NCBI GenBank assembly: GCA_964577455.1 | Contig: CAZNZG010000004.1 | Location: 1-42,840 of the forward strand | DNA length: 42,840 nucleotides | Direction: 5' to 3' | Origin: an uncultured Gemmatimonas sp. | GTDB taxonomy: Bacteria > Gemmatimonadota > Gemmatimonadetes > Gemmatimonadales > Gemmatimonadaceae | Shown here: positions 9,210 through 18,225 of the stretch, one piece after another | How the letters are laid out: each line of letters begins with the position of its first letter | Numbering within the stretch: position 1 is the stretch's first letter | Position numbers and translations under genes: made by a program | Notes under the pieces: model-generated | Told to the model about the DNA's origin: nothing | Seen by the model: only the letters and a program-made list of their open reading frames with translations | The model's database searches: none

Positions 9210-9698
9210 TCAATCGGTCGTGCGCTCGACTTCGTAGGTTTCGTAGCGCCCACGGATGGTGCGCAGCAATTCTTCGCTCACCGGCAATGCCTCACGCGCC
9301 GACTGCATCGCCAGCGCCGACGCCTCACGGGCATAGGCGTCGAAGTTGCTGCCAGCCGAGCAGATGAGAAGGAAGCGTGTGAGTCCGTCGCCGTCGACGC
9401 GATACGTGTGGGCGACACCGAGTGGCACGAAGGCCACGTCGCCGGCATCCAGTGGTTGCTCGCGATCGGGAAACAGCAGCGTGAGCTGCCCTTCGAGCGC
9501 GATGAACGTTTCGCTGTAGCTGCCGTGCCAGTGCATGGGCGGACCACGGAACGCCCCGCTGAAGGCGAACTCCGTGACACACTGCTCCCCCATCGAGTCC
9601 GCGGACGACAGCAGAATCCGCACCTCGAGCCCCATGCCGGGGAAGGGCAGCACGGGCGCCTCGCGTCGCGCGCACCACGTCACGGACCGATCGGACAT
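9210..9698 (-). CDS. Cupin domain protein
   Basis: GPPMHWH..YSETF..LEG and AGDVAFVPLGVAH cupin motifs. Confidence 0.85.
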   Translation of the reverse strand: MSDRSVTWCARREAPVLPFPGMGLEVRILLSSADSMGEQCVTEFAFSGAFRGPPMHWHGSYSETFIALEGQLTLLFPDREQPLDAGDVAFVPLGVAHTYRVDGDGLTRFLLICSAGSNFDAYAREASALAMQSAREALPVSEELLRTIRGRYETYEVERTTD

Positions 9699-9706
9699 CG
9701 TACGCC

Positions 9707-10249
9707 TCAGCCGCCGAGGGTGAGGCGTTGCATGCTGCCCGCGATGGTGGTGCCTGCCACGTTGAGGAACAGCTCCCCGTCGGTGATCGACAGCTCGATC
9801 GACAAGCGGCGATCGAGCCTGGCCACCAGCTCATCGACCATGTCACGATCGAACATCCAGCATTCGATGCGTTCCATCTTGTGGATACGCTCACCGGCGA
9901 TCTGGCGCAGCCAAACGGTCGGATCCTTGTGCGTATAGACCACCACGCGGGGGCTTGCCTTGCTCGCCTTGTGCAGACGCGCCGCATCGGGGAGGCCGAT
10001 TTCGATCCACGTGGTGATGGTGCCGGTCAGGTCACGCACGCTCACGGTGGGCTCGTCGGGATCGGAGACGCCGCGGGAGAAGGTGATCCCCTCGGCGTAT
10101 TCGAGGCAGTACGCGAGCAGGCGCGCCACGAAGTACTCCGGCGACTCCGATGGATGCATCGCCATGCGGAAGTCGAGCGACTCGTATACGCCACGATCCA
10201 CGTGCGCCAACGCGACCTGCATGGCGTACATGGTGGAGCTCAATGCCAT
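9707..10249 (-). CDS. yaeQ: YaeQ family protein
   Basis: MALSSTMY, AMHPSE, RLLAYCL, WIEIGLPD..RLHKASKA. Confidence 0.88.
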   Translation of the reverse strand: MALSSTMYAMQVALAHVDRGVYESLDFRMAMHPSESPEYFVARLLAYCLEYAEGITFSRGVSDPDEPTVSVRDLTGTITTWIEIGLPDAARLHKASKASPRVVVYTHKDPTVWLRQIAGERIHKMERIECWMFDRDMVDELVARLDRRLSIELSITDGELFLNVAGTTIAGSMQRLTLGG

Positions 10250-10304
10250 GCGAACTCCGTCATCGTTCTCGCACCGTGGGACTGGTCACCGTTGCGACGG
10301 ACGC

Positions 10305-11231
10305 TCAACGGCAGTGTGTGAGCCAGCCGTGGCGGTCTTCGATCTCGCCCTTGCAGATGCCGAGGTATTCACGCTGCAGCTGCTTGGTGACCGGGCCCAC
10401 CTTGCCGATACCGATCGTGATCCGGTCGATGCTGCGCACCGGCGTGAGCTCGGCCGCGGTGCCGGTGAAGAACACCTCGTCGGCCATGTAGAGCATCTCG
10501 CGCGGAATGTGCAGCTCGCGTACCGGAATACCGGCGTCGGCGGCCAGCTGCATGATCGTGGCGCGCGTGATGCCGCCCAGAATACTGCCATCGAGCGGCG
10601 TGGTGATGAGCGTGCCGTTGGACACGATGAACACGTTCTGCCCCGATCCTTCGCTGACCATCCCGCTCGGGCTGAGTGCGATCCCTTCGGCGTAGCCGTT
10701 GGCGAGCGCCTCCATCTTGATGAGCTGCCCGCTCAGGTAGTTGCCCGCGATCTTCGCCATGGCGGGGATCGTGTTGGGCTGCACGCGGTGCCAGCTGGAG
10801 ATGCAGGCATCCACGCCGGCATCGAGCGCCTCGTCACCGAGGTAGGCGCCCCAGGGCCAGCAGGGGAGGTACGTCTCGACTGGGGAACCGATCGGCACCA
10901 TGCCGGCGGTACCGTAGCCGCGCACCACCATGGGGCGCAGATAGCAGCTCTCCACGCCGTTGCGTGCGATCAGCTCACGTGACGCCTCGGTGAGTTGCTC
11001 GATCGTCCACGGGACCTCCATGCGGTAGATCTTGCACGAGTGCAGGAGCCGCTCGAGATGCTCCTTGAGCCGGAAGATCGCCGGACCGCGCGGGGTGCTG
11101 TACGCGCGGATCCCCTCGAAGGCGGACGATCCGAACTGCACGGAGTGGCTGAGCACATGGATCGTGGCGTCGGCCCAGGGAATGAAATGGCCATCGCGCC
11201 AGATCCACTGCGTCTCGGTGATGCGGCTCAT
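10305..11231 (-). CDS. ilvE: Branched-chain amino acid aminotransferase
   Basis: FEGIRAY, AKIAGNY (PLP Lys), EGSGQNVF, ILGGITR, TGTAAE. Confidence 0.96.
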   Translation of the reverse strand: MSRITETQWIWRDGHFIPWADATIHVLSHSVQFGSSAFEGIRAYSTPRGPAIFRLKEHLERLLHSCKIYRMEVPWTIEQLTEASRELIARNGVESCYLRPMVVRGYGTAGMVPIGSPVETYLPCWPWGAYLGDEALDAGVDACISSWHRVQPNTIPAMAKIAGNYLSGQLIKMEALANGYAEGIALSPSGMVSEGSGQNVFIVSNGTLITTPLDGSILGGITRATIMQLAADAGIPVRELHIPREMLYMADEVFFTGTAAELTPVRSIDRITIGIGKVGPVTKQLQREYLGICKGEIEDRHGWLTHCR

Positions 11232-11262
11232 GTGCGGGGGTGCTGAAGGAACGTGGAGGAGG

Positions 11263-12054
11263 TCAGATAAGCGACTTCACGGCGCCGCCGTCCACCAGCA
11301 CGGCCTGCCCGGTCATGAATCCGGCCTTCGTCGAGCAGAGGAAAGCTATCACGGCGGCGAGCTCCTCGGGGCGCCCCACCCGGCCGAGCGGTGATTCGCT
11401 GGCCCACCCGGCGAAGATCGCCTCCGCCGACTGCCCCGTCCGCTGCGATGTGGCAGCCGCGAGGGCGTCGAGACGCTCGGTGGCGGTAAAGCCGGGCAAT
11501 ACGGTGTTCACCGTCACCCCATCCTTCCCCACGTCGTCGGCGACGGTGCGCAGGAAGCCGGTCACGGCCGCGCGGAGGGCGTTGCTCAGTACCAGCGCCC
11601 CCTGCGGACGCTTCACGGCGAGCGACGTGATGGCGATGACGCGCCCCCACTTCTTCGCCTGCATGCCGGGGACGAAGGCGCGCGTGAGCTCCACCACGCT
11701 GCGCAGCAGCAGGTCGGTGGCCTTGCTCCAGGTGTCCCAGTCGTGGGCGAGCGGTGCGCCGGTCGGCGGCCCCCCGGTATTGCACACGAGAATGTCGATG
11801 CCGTCGGGATAGGTGGCCTTGGTGTGGTGCACCACGTGCTCGATCCCCTCGGTGGTGGCGAGATCGGCTTCGAGCGCGGTCACCGTGACACCGAACGCCT
11901 CGAGTCGAGCCTTGGCCTCGCGAATCGCCTGGCCGTCGCGGGAGCAGATCACGAGCGCCACGCCCTCGCGCGCGAGCTCCTCGGCGGTCGCGTACGCGAT
12001 ACCCCGGCTCGCGCCACAGACGAGGGCGACCTTCCCCTTGATGCCGAGATCCAT
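11263..12054 (-). CDS. Short-chain dehydrogenase/reductase
   Basis: GASRGIA Rossmann motif, NTGGP, SNALR in place of YxxxK, VLPG, VDGG. Confidence 0.92.
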   Translation of the reverse strand: MDLGIKGKVALVCGASRGIAYATAEELAREGVALVICSRDGQAIREAKARLEAFGVTVTALEADLATTEGIEHVVHHTKATYPDGIDILVCNTGGPPTGAPLAHDWDTWSKATDLLLRSVVELTRAFVPGMQAKKWGRVIAITSLAVKRPQGALVLSNALRAAVTGFLRTVADDVGKDGVTVNTVLPGFTATERLDALAAATSQRTGQSAEAIFAGWASESPLGRVGRPEELAAVIAFLCSTKAGFMTGQAVLVDGGAVKSLI

Positions 12055-12461
12055 CAGCCCTGGCCTCCGTTGCGCATCGGCGTGCCGGAGCGCAGGTAGT
12101 CGTCGGACTTGTCGATCCAGTCCTGCCGCGGCGGATTGAAGATGTCCACGTCGAGGGTGTCCTCGAGCGCCTCGGCCCGGTGCCGCACCATGCTGGGGAT
12201 CACGAGCACATCGCCGGCCCGCACGTCCACGTAGGTATCGCCCGGGTTGTCGGCATGCTCACCGATCCAGAAGCGAAGCGCACCCGAGAGGATGTAGGTG
12301 ATCTGCTCGTTGATGTGGTCGTGCGCGGGGACGATGGCGCCCTGCTTGAGATACACGTGGGCAAGCATCTGCTTGTCCGTGTAGATCAGGCGGCGGCCGA
12401 TGAGCGGGGTGAGCTCTTCGACCGCCATGTCGTCCCAGGTGAGCTTGCGAACGTCGGTCAT
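12054..12461 (-). CDS. Cupin domain protein (frame stays open upstream to 12725)
   Basis: VPAHDHINEQITYILSG and GDVLVIPSMVRH; DIFNPPRQDW; start uncertain (12461 or 12725). Confidence 0.8.
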   Translation of the reverse strand: MTDVRKLTWDDMAVEELTPLIGRRLIYTDKQMLAHVYLKQGAIVPAHDHINEQITYILSGALRFWIGEHADNPGDTYVDVRAGDVLVIPSMVRHRAEALEDTLDVDIFNPPRQDWIDKSDDYLRSGTPMRNGGQG

Positions 12462-12744
12462 GTGCAGGGAGGCAGGCAGGGTGGGGATGCGGGGGGCCCC
12501 GACCGAGGGGCGGGGTGGACGAACAACAACAGGGGGTACCGACGGTGGCGGTGGCGGCGCGGCCACCCGGAGGAGCGGCGCAGGCGGGCCGAAGCTGGCG
12601 GCGGCGGCGAGTGCCGCCTGCTTTCGCGCGGCGGCTTTCTTGTTCTCCTTGCGGAGGTCCCAGAGCATCCAGCCGCAGAAGAGCATCCCGGCGCCGAAAG
12701 TCAGCAGCGTGTCGTACGGGAGCATCAGGAAAAGGACCCGGCCC

Positions 12745-13383
12745 TCAGCGCTCGGCCACGTAGACCGCCTGCTGCTTGAAGCGCGGCTGCTCGATCTCCT
12801 GCAGGAGCACCCGCGCCAGCGTGGCGCGTGACACCTGGCTGCCCGCGCCCATGGAGAGGGTGCTGTCGACCTGCACGTTGTCGGTCGCCGGCGTGTCGGT
12901 CAGCTTGCCCGGCTTCACCACCGTCCATCCCTCGAGCCGGCTGGCACGAACCAGTCGCTCCTGCTCGTCCCGGTCCTCCATCATGCCGTCATGTGCCGAC
13001 CGGCGCGCGAACATGTTCTTGAGCTTCATGGTGAGCCCCATGTTGCCGGAGCTCTCCCCCACCATCGCCCCGGTCACCACCAGGAGGCGCGACTGCTCGA
13101 GGGTCTTCATGGTGCTCACGACCAGCTTCGTGGCAGCGGCAATGTACGGCACGCGGGCGTCCTCCTTGTGCCCCAAAAGCACCAGCGTCGCGTCGGCACC
13201 ACGCAGCACCTCGCGTACCGCGGTGGGATCCGCCAGCGAGCCGACGATCACCGTGGCGTTTTCCGGCACCTGCTCCGAGGGCTTGGCGCGATAGTGCAGC
13301 CGTAGCGAATGACCGGCGGCGCTGGCAGCCTCGATGAACGCGTGCCCCAGCCGGCTGGACGCACCGTACACGCCAATGATCAT
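12745..13383 (-). CDS. NAD(P)H-binding protein (flavin reductase/NmrA-like atypical SDR)
   Basis: IGVYGASSRLG, WTVVKPGKL, VSRATLA. Confidence 0.85.
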   Translation of the reverse strand: MIIGVYGASSRLGHAFIEAASAAGHSLRLHYRAKPSEQVPENATVIVGSLADPTAVREVLRGADATLVLLGHKEDARVPYIAAATKLVVSTMKTLEQSRLLVVTGAMVGESSGNMGLTMKLKNMFARRSAHDGMMEDRDEQERLVRASRLEGWTVVKPGKLTDTPATDNVQVDSTLSMGAGSQVSRATLARVLLQEIEQPRFKQQAVYVAER

Positions 13384-13548
13384 GCGAACACCCGGAAGGG
13401 CATCAGGGAAGCAGCACAGGGCATTGGGGAGGTCGCGAGTTGTGCAACTGGTGGTACGGCAGCATGATCAGCCGATGGCACGGCGAGCGCTGCACGGTTG
13501 AAGAGAGACGCCATGCCCACAACATGCACCCGCACCCTCCTCCCCGCC

Positions 13549-15234
13549 ATGACGGTTCCGCCATCTTCCGTTCCCACCGACATCGAGATCGCCCAGCAGG
13601 CGGTCATGCGCCCCATTCGCGATGTGGCGGCCGACATCGGCCTCACCGAGGACGACATCGATCTGTACGGCAAGTACAAGGCGAAGCTGCCACTGTCGTT
13701 GGCGGCGGCTCCGCCCAAGGGACGACTGGTGCTGGTCACCGCCATCAATCCCACACCGGCGGGTGAGGGCAAGAGCACGGTGAGCGTGGGGCTCTCGCAG
13801 GCGTTCCGGCGCCTCGGGCACAACGCCATTCTGTGCATGCGCGAGCCCAGTCTCGGCCCGGTGTTCGGCGTGAAGGGGGGCGCGGCGGGCGGTGGCTACT
13901 CGCAGGTGCTCCCGATGGACGACATCAATCTGCACTTCACCGGCGATTTCCATGCGATCGCCAGTGCGCACGCGCTGCTGTCGGCGATGATCGACAACCA
14001 CCTCTATCATGGCAACGCGCTCGGCATCAACCCCAAGGCCATCACGTGGCCACGCACGATCGACATGAACGATCGCGCGCTGCGCAGCGTCATCATCGGG
14101 GTGGGTACCGGCAACGGCACGATGCGCGAGGAACGGTGGGTGATCATCCCCGCCAGCGAGATCATGGCGATCGTGGCGCTCGCCGCCGACGCCGAGGACC
14201 TCGAGCGTCGGCTTGGCAACATCATCGTGGGCACCACGCTCGGGAAGGAGAAGAAGCCGGTGTACGCGCGTGATCTTGGCGCCACGGGCGCGATGACGCT
14301 GCTGCTCAAGGACGCGCTGCGCCCCAATCTCGTGCAGACGCTGGAGGGCGGACCGGCCATCCTGCATGCGGGACCGTTCGGCAACATCGCGCACGGCTGC
14401 AACTCCCTCGTGGCCACGCGCGCCGGCCTCGCCCTCGGCGACATCGTGGTGACCGAAGCGGGCTTCGGCAGCGACCTCGGTGCCGAGAAGTTCTTCGACA
14501 TCAAGTGCCGCGCCGGCGGGCTCAATCCCGAAGCCGCGGTACTGGTGGCCACGGTGCGTTCGCTCAAGATGCAGGGGGGCGTACCCAAGGCGGAGCTCGA
14601 CCGCGAAGACGTGGCGGCCCTCGAACGCGGGCTGCCGCACGTGGCGCATCACGTGCGCAACGTGCAGCAGTTCGGGGTGCCGGTGGCGGTGGCGATCAAC
14701 CGTCGCACGAGCGACAGTGAGGCCGAGCTCGCCATGGTGCGCGACTACGTGGCGAAACTCGGGGTGCCCGTTGCGCTGTGCAACGTGTGGGCCGAAGGCG
14801 GCGCGGGGGGCGAAGCACTGGCCAGAGAGGTGCTTGCGCTGCTCGACAGCAAGCGTGCCGCGTACCGTCCGCTGTACGACACCGAGCGCCCCATCCGCGA
14901 GAAGATCCGTACGGTGGCGCAGCAGGTGTATGGCGCCGAGGGTGTGGACTTCTCGAGCGCGGCGGAAAAGAGCATCGACTGGCTCGAGGCCAACGGCATG
15001 GCGCATACGCCCGTGTGTATGGCCAAGACGCAGTACTCGCTCACCGATGATGCGACGCGTCTCAACGTGCCCACCGGCTTCCGCATCACGGTGAACGAGG
15101 TGTACGGCAGTGCCGGTGCCGGGTTCGTGGTGGCCAAGTGCGGCGACATCATGACCATGCCGGGGCTATCGAAGAAACCCGCGGCGGAAGGGATGCGCCT
15201 GCGTCCGGACGGGACGATCGAAGGGCTGAGCTGA
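13549..15234 (+). CDS. fhs: Formate--tetrahydrofolate ligase
   Basis: TAINPTPAGEGKST, REPSLGPVFGVKGGAAGGGY, HAGPFGNIAHG, TEAGFG, CMAKTQYS, MTMPGL. Confidence 0.98.
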   Translation: MTVPPSSVPTDIEIAQQAVMRPIRDVAADIGLTEDDIDLYGKYKAKLPLSLAAAPPKGRLVLVTAINPTPAGEGKSTVSVGLSQAFRRLGHNAILCMREPSLGPVFGVKGGAAGGGYSQVLPMDDINLHFTGDFHAIASAHALLSAMIDNHLYHGNALGINPKAITWPRTIDMNDRALRSVIIGVGTGNGTMREERWVIIPASEIMAIVALAADAEDLERRLGNIIVGTTLGKEKKPVYARDLGATGAMTLLLKDALRPNLVQTLEGGPAILHAGPFGNIAHGCNSLVATRAGLALGDIVVTEAGFGSDLGAEKFFDIKCRAGGLNPEAAVLVATVRSLKMQGGVPKAELDREDVAALERGLPHVAHHVRNVQQFGVPVAVAINRRTSDSEAELAMVRDYVAKLGVPVALCNVWAEGGAGGEALAREVLALLDSKRAAYRPLYDTERPIREKIRTVAQQVYGAEGVDFSSAAEKSIDWLEANGMAHTPVCMAKTQYSLTDDATRLNVPTGFRITVNEVYGSAGAGFVVAKCGDIMTMPGLSKKPAAEGMRLRPDGTIEGLS

Positions 15235-15235
15235 T

Positions 15236-15853
15236 CTATTCCGCGATGCGCAGCGTGGCACTGCCACGTGTGAGATTGCCCAGTGCGCCTTCGAGCGCCG
15301 GTGCCTCGCTGCGCGGCAGTTTCACCGTGAAGGTGGCGTGCACTCCGAACTCCTGCGACAGGACCTCCGCCTTTACCGTGGGCAGGAGCTGCTGCACAGC
15401 GCCCACGAGGTGATACCCCACCTCGAAGGTCGCGGTCACGGCATCCACGCGCATCTCGGTCGGGAGTGACGCAAGCGCCTCCTGCACCGCCCCGCCGTAC
15501 GCCTTCACCAGGCCGCCAGTACCCAGCTTCGTGCCGCCATAGTATCGCGTCACCACCGCCACGATCTCACCGACGCCGCAGTGCTGCAGCACGGTCAGCA
15601 TGGGGCGGCCGGCGGTACCGTGCGGCTCGCCGTCATCGCTCATGCCGATACGGTCGGTGCTGCCGGGCGCGCCCACCACGTACGCCCAGCAGTTGTGCGT
15701 GGCGTCGGCGTACGTGGTGTTCATGTCACGAATGAAGGCCTGGGCGTCTTCGGTGCTGCTGGCGCGCGCGATCGTGCAGATGAACCGACTACGGTCGATC
15801 ACCTGCTCGATGCGATGCAGGGCTGCCGGCACGGGATAGGCGACCGACGTCAT
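15236..15853 (-). CDS. yigZ: YigZ/IMPACT family protein
   Basis: SRFI, ATHNCWAY, SDDGEPHGTAGRPML, VVTRYYGGTKLGTGGLVKAY. Confidence 0.93.
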   Translation of the reverse strand: MTSVAYPVPAALHRIEQVIDRSRFICTIARASSTEDAQAFIRDMNTTYADATHNCWAYVVGAPGSTDRIGMSDDGEPHGTAGRPMLTVLQHCGVGEIVAVVTRYYGGTKLGTGGLVKAYGGAVQEALASLPTEMRVDAVTATFEVGYHLVGAVQQLLPTVKAEVLSQEFGVHATFTVKLPRSEAPALEGALGNLTRGSATLRIAE

Positions 15854-15970
15854 GCGTTTGGTGGAGTCTCGAAGGGCATCGGCAAAGCAGAGCGGCCGTC
15901 TGGATCCCGGAGCGTATGCATCCCGCGAATCTAGTCGGCCGATCTCTCGGCTGACGACCCGTGGCGTTCA

Positions 15971-16981
15971 CTACGCCATGATGGCCCGGACGACAGACGC
16001 CAGCCACTCACGCAGCGGCGACGGGACGACGCTGGCGAGGGTCACCGCGACGATCAGGACCAACACGATGAGCATCCACGGCGAGTGTCGTCGCCTGTGC
16101 ACCGGAGGCTTTATCGTTGGCAGCGTGGCGCCAAGCGCCTCGTCCGGCTCAGTCAGCGCGCGTACGAAGCGCCCCGCCGTGGGGAAACGCATGGCCGGGT
16201 CGCGGTTGAGAGCACGCCGGATGGCGGCTGTCACATGGATCGGGACATCCGCGCGGAGGGGATGATTGGGAGCCAGTTCGATGGGTCGGATTTCCGGCAC
16301 CCCCTGCGCGTCGTAGCCCACGCGAGCGGAGCCGGTGCACAGTTCGTAGGCCAGCACCCCGAGCGCGTACACGTCGAGGCTGCGATCAACCTTCTGGTCG
16401 TGCCACTGTTCCGGTGCCATGTACGCCGGGTCGCCCACGGCGGCGGGAGTCAGGGGAGGCACCGGCGGGTCGTCCGAAATCTCGAGGCAGAACCCCTTCA
16501 GCAGGACGCCGCCCGCCATGTCCAGCAGCACGGCGGAGGGGCGAAGCGCCCCGTGGACGACGCCGTGCGCGTGCGCATAGTCGAGCGCATCGGCCAGTTC
16601 CTGCAGCATGGTCAGAATGCGTGCGAACTGGGGAGGATTCGGTGCGGTGATGAGATGATCGAGCCGCATGGGTCCCGCCTGCGGCATCTCGTAGAACTCC
16701 ACGTCGTGTATCGTCTCGGGCGGCGCATTGCGCAGGATGTGGGGATGGCTCAACCGCGCTCCGATCTCAGCCTCGCGACGAAACCGGGCGAGGAGCGTAG
16801 AGCCAGCCGGCCCCACCCCCGCCGGATAGGCCACCTTCACCACGACCGGGATGGTGAATGTGCCGGCAGGAGTGGCGAGGAAGACGAGTCCACACCGCCC
16901 CTCGTGCATCAGTGACAGGGTGGGATAGCGATCCCGCAGGACTTCGCGCGCCCGCTGGGCCAATGTGCTGACTTGTGTCAT
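15971..16981 (-). CDS. Ser/Thr kinase-like protein with a degenerate catalytic site (pseudokinase) and a C-terminal TM helix
   Basis: VVVK, RFRREA, YMAPEQ, DVYALG and RF kept; HRDxKPxN replaced by HGALRPSA; DFG replaced by KGF/GFC; TM WMLIVLVLIVAVTLASVV. Confidence 0.85.
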   Translation of the reverse strand: MTQVSTLAQRAREVLRDRYPTLSLMHEGRCGLVFLATPAGTFTIPVVVKVAYPAGVGPAGSTLLARFRREAEIGARLSHPHILRNAPPETIHDVEFYEMPQAGPMRLDHLITAPNPPQFARILTMLQELADALDYAHAHGVVHGALRPSAVLLDMAGGVLLKGFCLEISDDPPVPPLTPAAVGDPAYMAPEQWHDQKVDRSLDVYALGVLAYELCTGSARVGYDAQGVPEIRPIELAPNHPLRADVPIHVTAAIRRALNRDPAMRFPTAGRFVRALTEPDEALGATLPTIKPPVHRRRHSPWMLIVLVLIVAVTLASVVPSPLREWLASVVRAIMA

Positions 16982-17043
16982 CACGCACTCCTCGAAAGCG
17001 AACACCATGCCCATGCTGCGCTGCGGCGATCACCGCGGTCGCA

Positions 17044-18195
17044 TCACTGCACGAGGGCGATCTTCTTGATGAGGCTCGGAATCGGCGAGAAGCTCCCCTG
17101 GGTTGCCAGCGAGGTGAAGTACCCTCGGACCCCCTCGCCCTTGACGTATTCGGTCACGTAGAAGACGCCGACATACTTCACGAGAAAGCACTTGCCGCCG
17201 CATCCCGAGGCCCCCGGGGCATCGCCGCTGACGGCCCACAGGGCGATGAGCATCTGCGTCGGCGTATTGCACTGAAACGAGCGGTTGCCGCCGCCGTTCG
17301 GTGGCGTGATACCGGCCGTGGCCCGACACAGGTCGGCCACGGCATCGCCGGCCTTGTTGACCATGTTGCCGTTTTCGGCAAGCAGCCAGTCACCGGCGGA
17401 GACGTAGAGCCGCCCCCCCGCCGCGCGAATCAGCGCGGCAAGGCCGTCGCAGTTGCTGCCAAGGGCATTCCCAAAGTCGTTGGCGCCGCTCCACGGATTA
17501 CCCGTCACCCCGTCGGCATACACGAGCGGTGGCAGGCGAACCCCGTAGAAGTTGCCGTTGACGATGTTGGTGCTCGAACTTCCCGACTTGAGCAGGATGA
17601 GGGGATGGTTCGAGGCAAACCAGTTGATGTCGTCGGCCGTGAGGGCGTAGGTGAGGGCGTCACGGCCACCCTCGCCGTAACGGGCATTGAGCAATTGCTG
17701 ATACGGTACGGCCAGAGGGCGCACGCAGGCTGTGCCGCTCACCCCACCGATAGCCGCCACGCTGGTGGCGGAGCGCACTCGCGTCGTGAGCCCGAAGAGG
17801 CGACCGAATCGGTACGGCGCGTTGTAGCGCGCAGTAGCCTGCACCGCATTGTTGGTGCTGGCAGTCCAGCTGCCGTTCGCGGCGGGAGTGAAGCGCTGAG
17901 TGCCGAAGTCCCACACTCCCGGCACAATGTCGGCCGTGGTGATGGTGGGGACGGTCCGCTCCACGAGATTCAGACGCCCGTAGGCCACGGCCGAATCAGC
18001 CGCGCCCTGATACGCCTGACGAAGCAAGCGCTCCGCACCCGCAAGCGCGGCCGCATCCGACGACACGTGAACCTGCGCGCGAAAGAGGTACATGCGCCCC
18101 ATGTCGAGCGCCAGCGCCATAATGCCGATGAGGGCAGTGAGCGCCACGCCGACGATGATCATCGTGGCACCACGCCGATTCCTTTGCCTGAACAT
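17044..18195 (-). CDS. tadG: TadG-like Flp pilus assembly / tip protein
   Basis: RRG|ATMIIV prepilin-like N-terminus, ALALDMGRMY, DAAALAGA; Cys-containing C-terminal domain. Confidence 0.82.
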   Translation of the reverse strand: MFRQRNRRGATMIIVGVALTALIGIMALALDMGRMYLFRAQVHVSSDAAALAGAERLLRQAYQGAADSAVAYGRLNLVERTVPTITTADIVPGVWDFGTQRFTPAANGSWTASTNNAVQATARYNAPYRFGRLFGLTTRVRSATSVAAIGGVSGTACVRPLAVPYQQLLNARYGEGGRDALTYALTADDINWFASNHPLILLKSGSSSTNIVNGNFYGVRLPPLVYADGVTGNPWSGANDFGNALGSNCDGLAALIRAAGGRLYVSAGDWLLAENGNMVNKAGDAVADLCRATAGITPPNGGGNRSFQCNTPTQMLIALWAVSGDAPGASGCGGKCFLVKYVGVFYVTEYVKGEGVRGYFTSLATQGSFSPIPSLIKKIALVQ

Positions 18196-18225
18196 CCTTC
18201 CTCCGCAGCCGAGCCTGAGCGGCTC

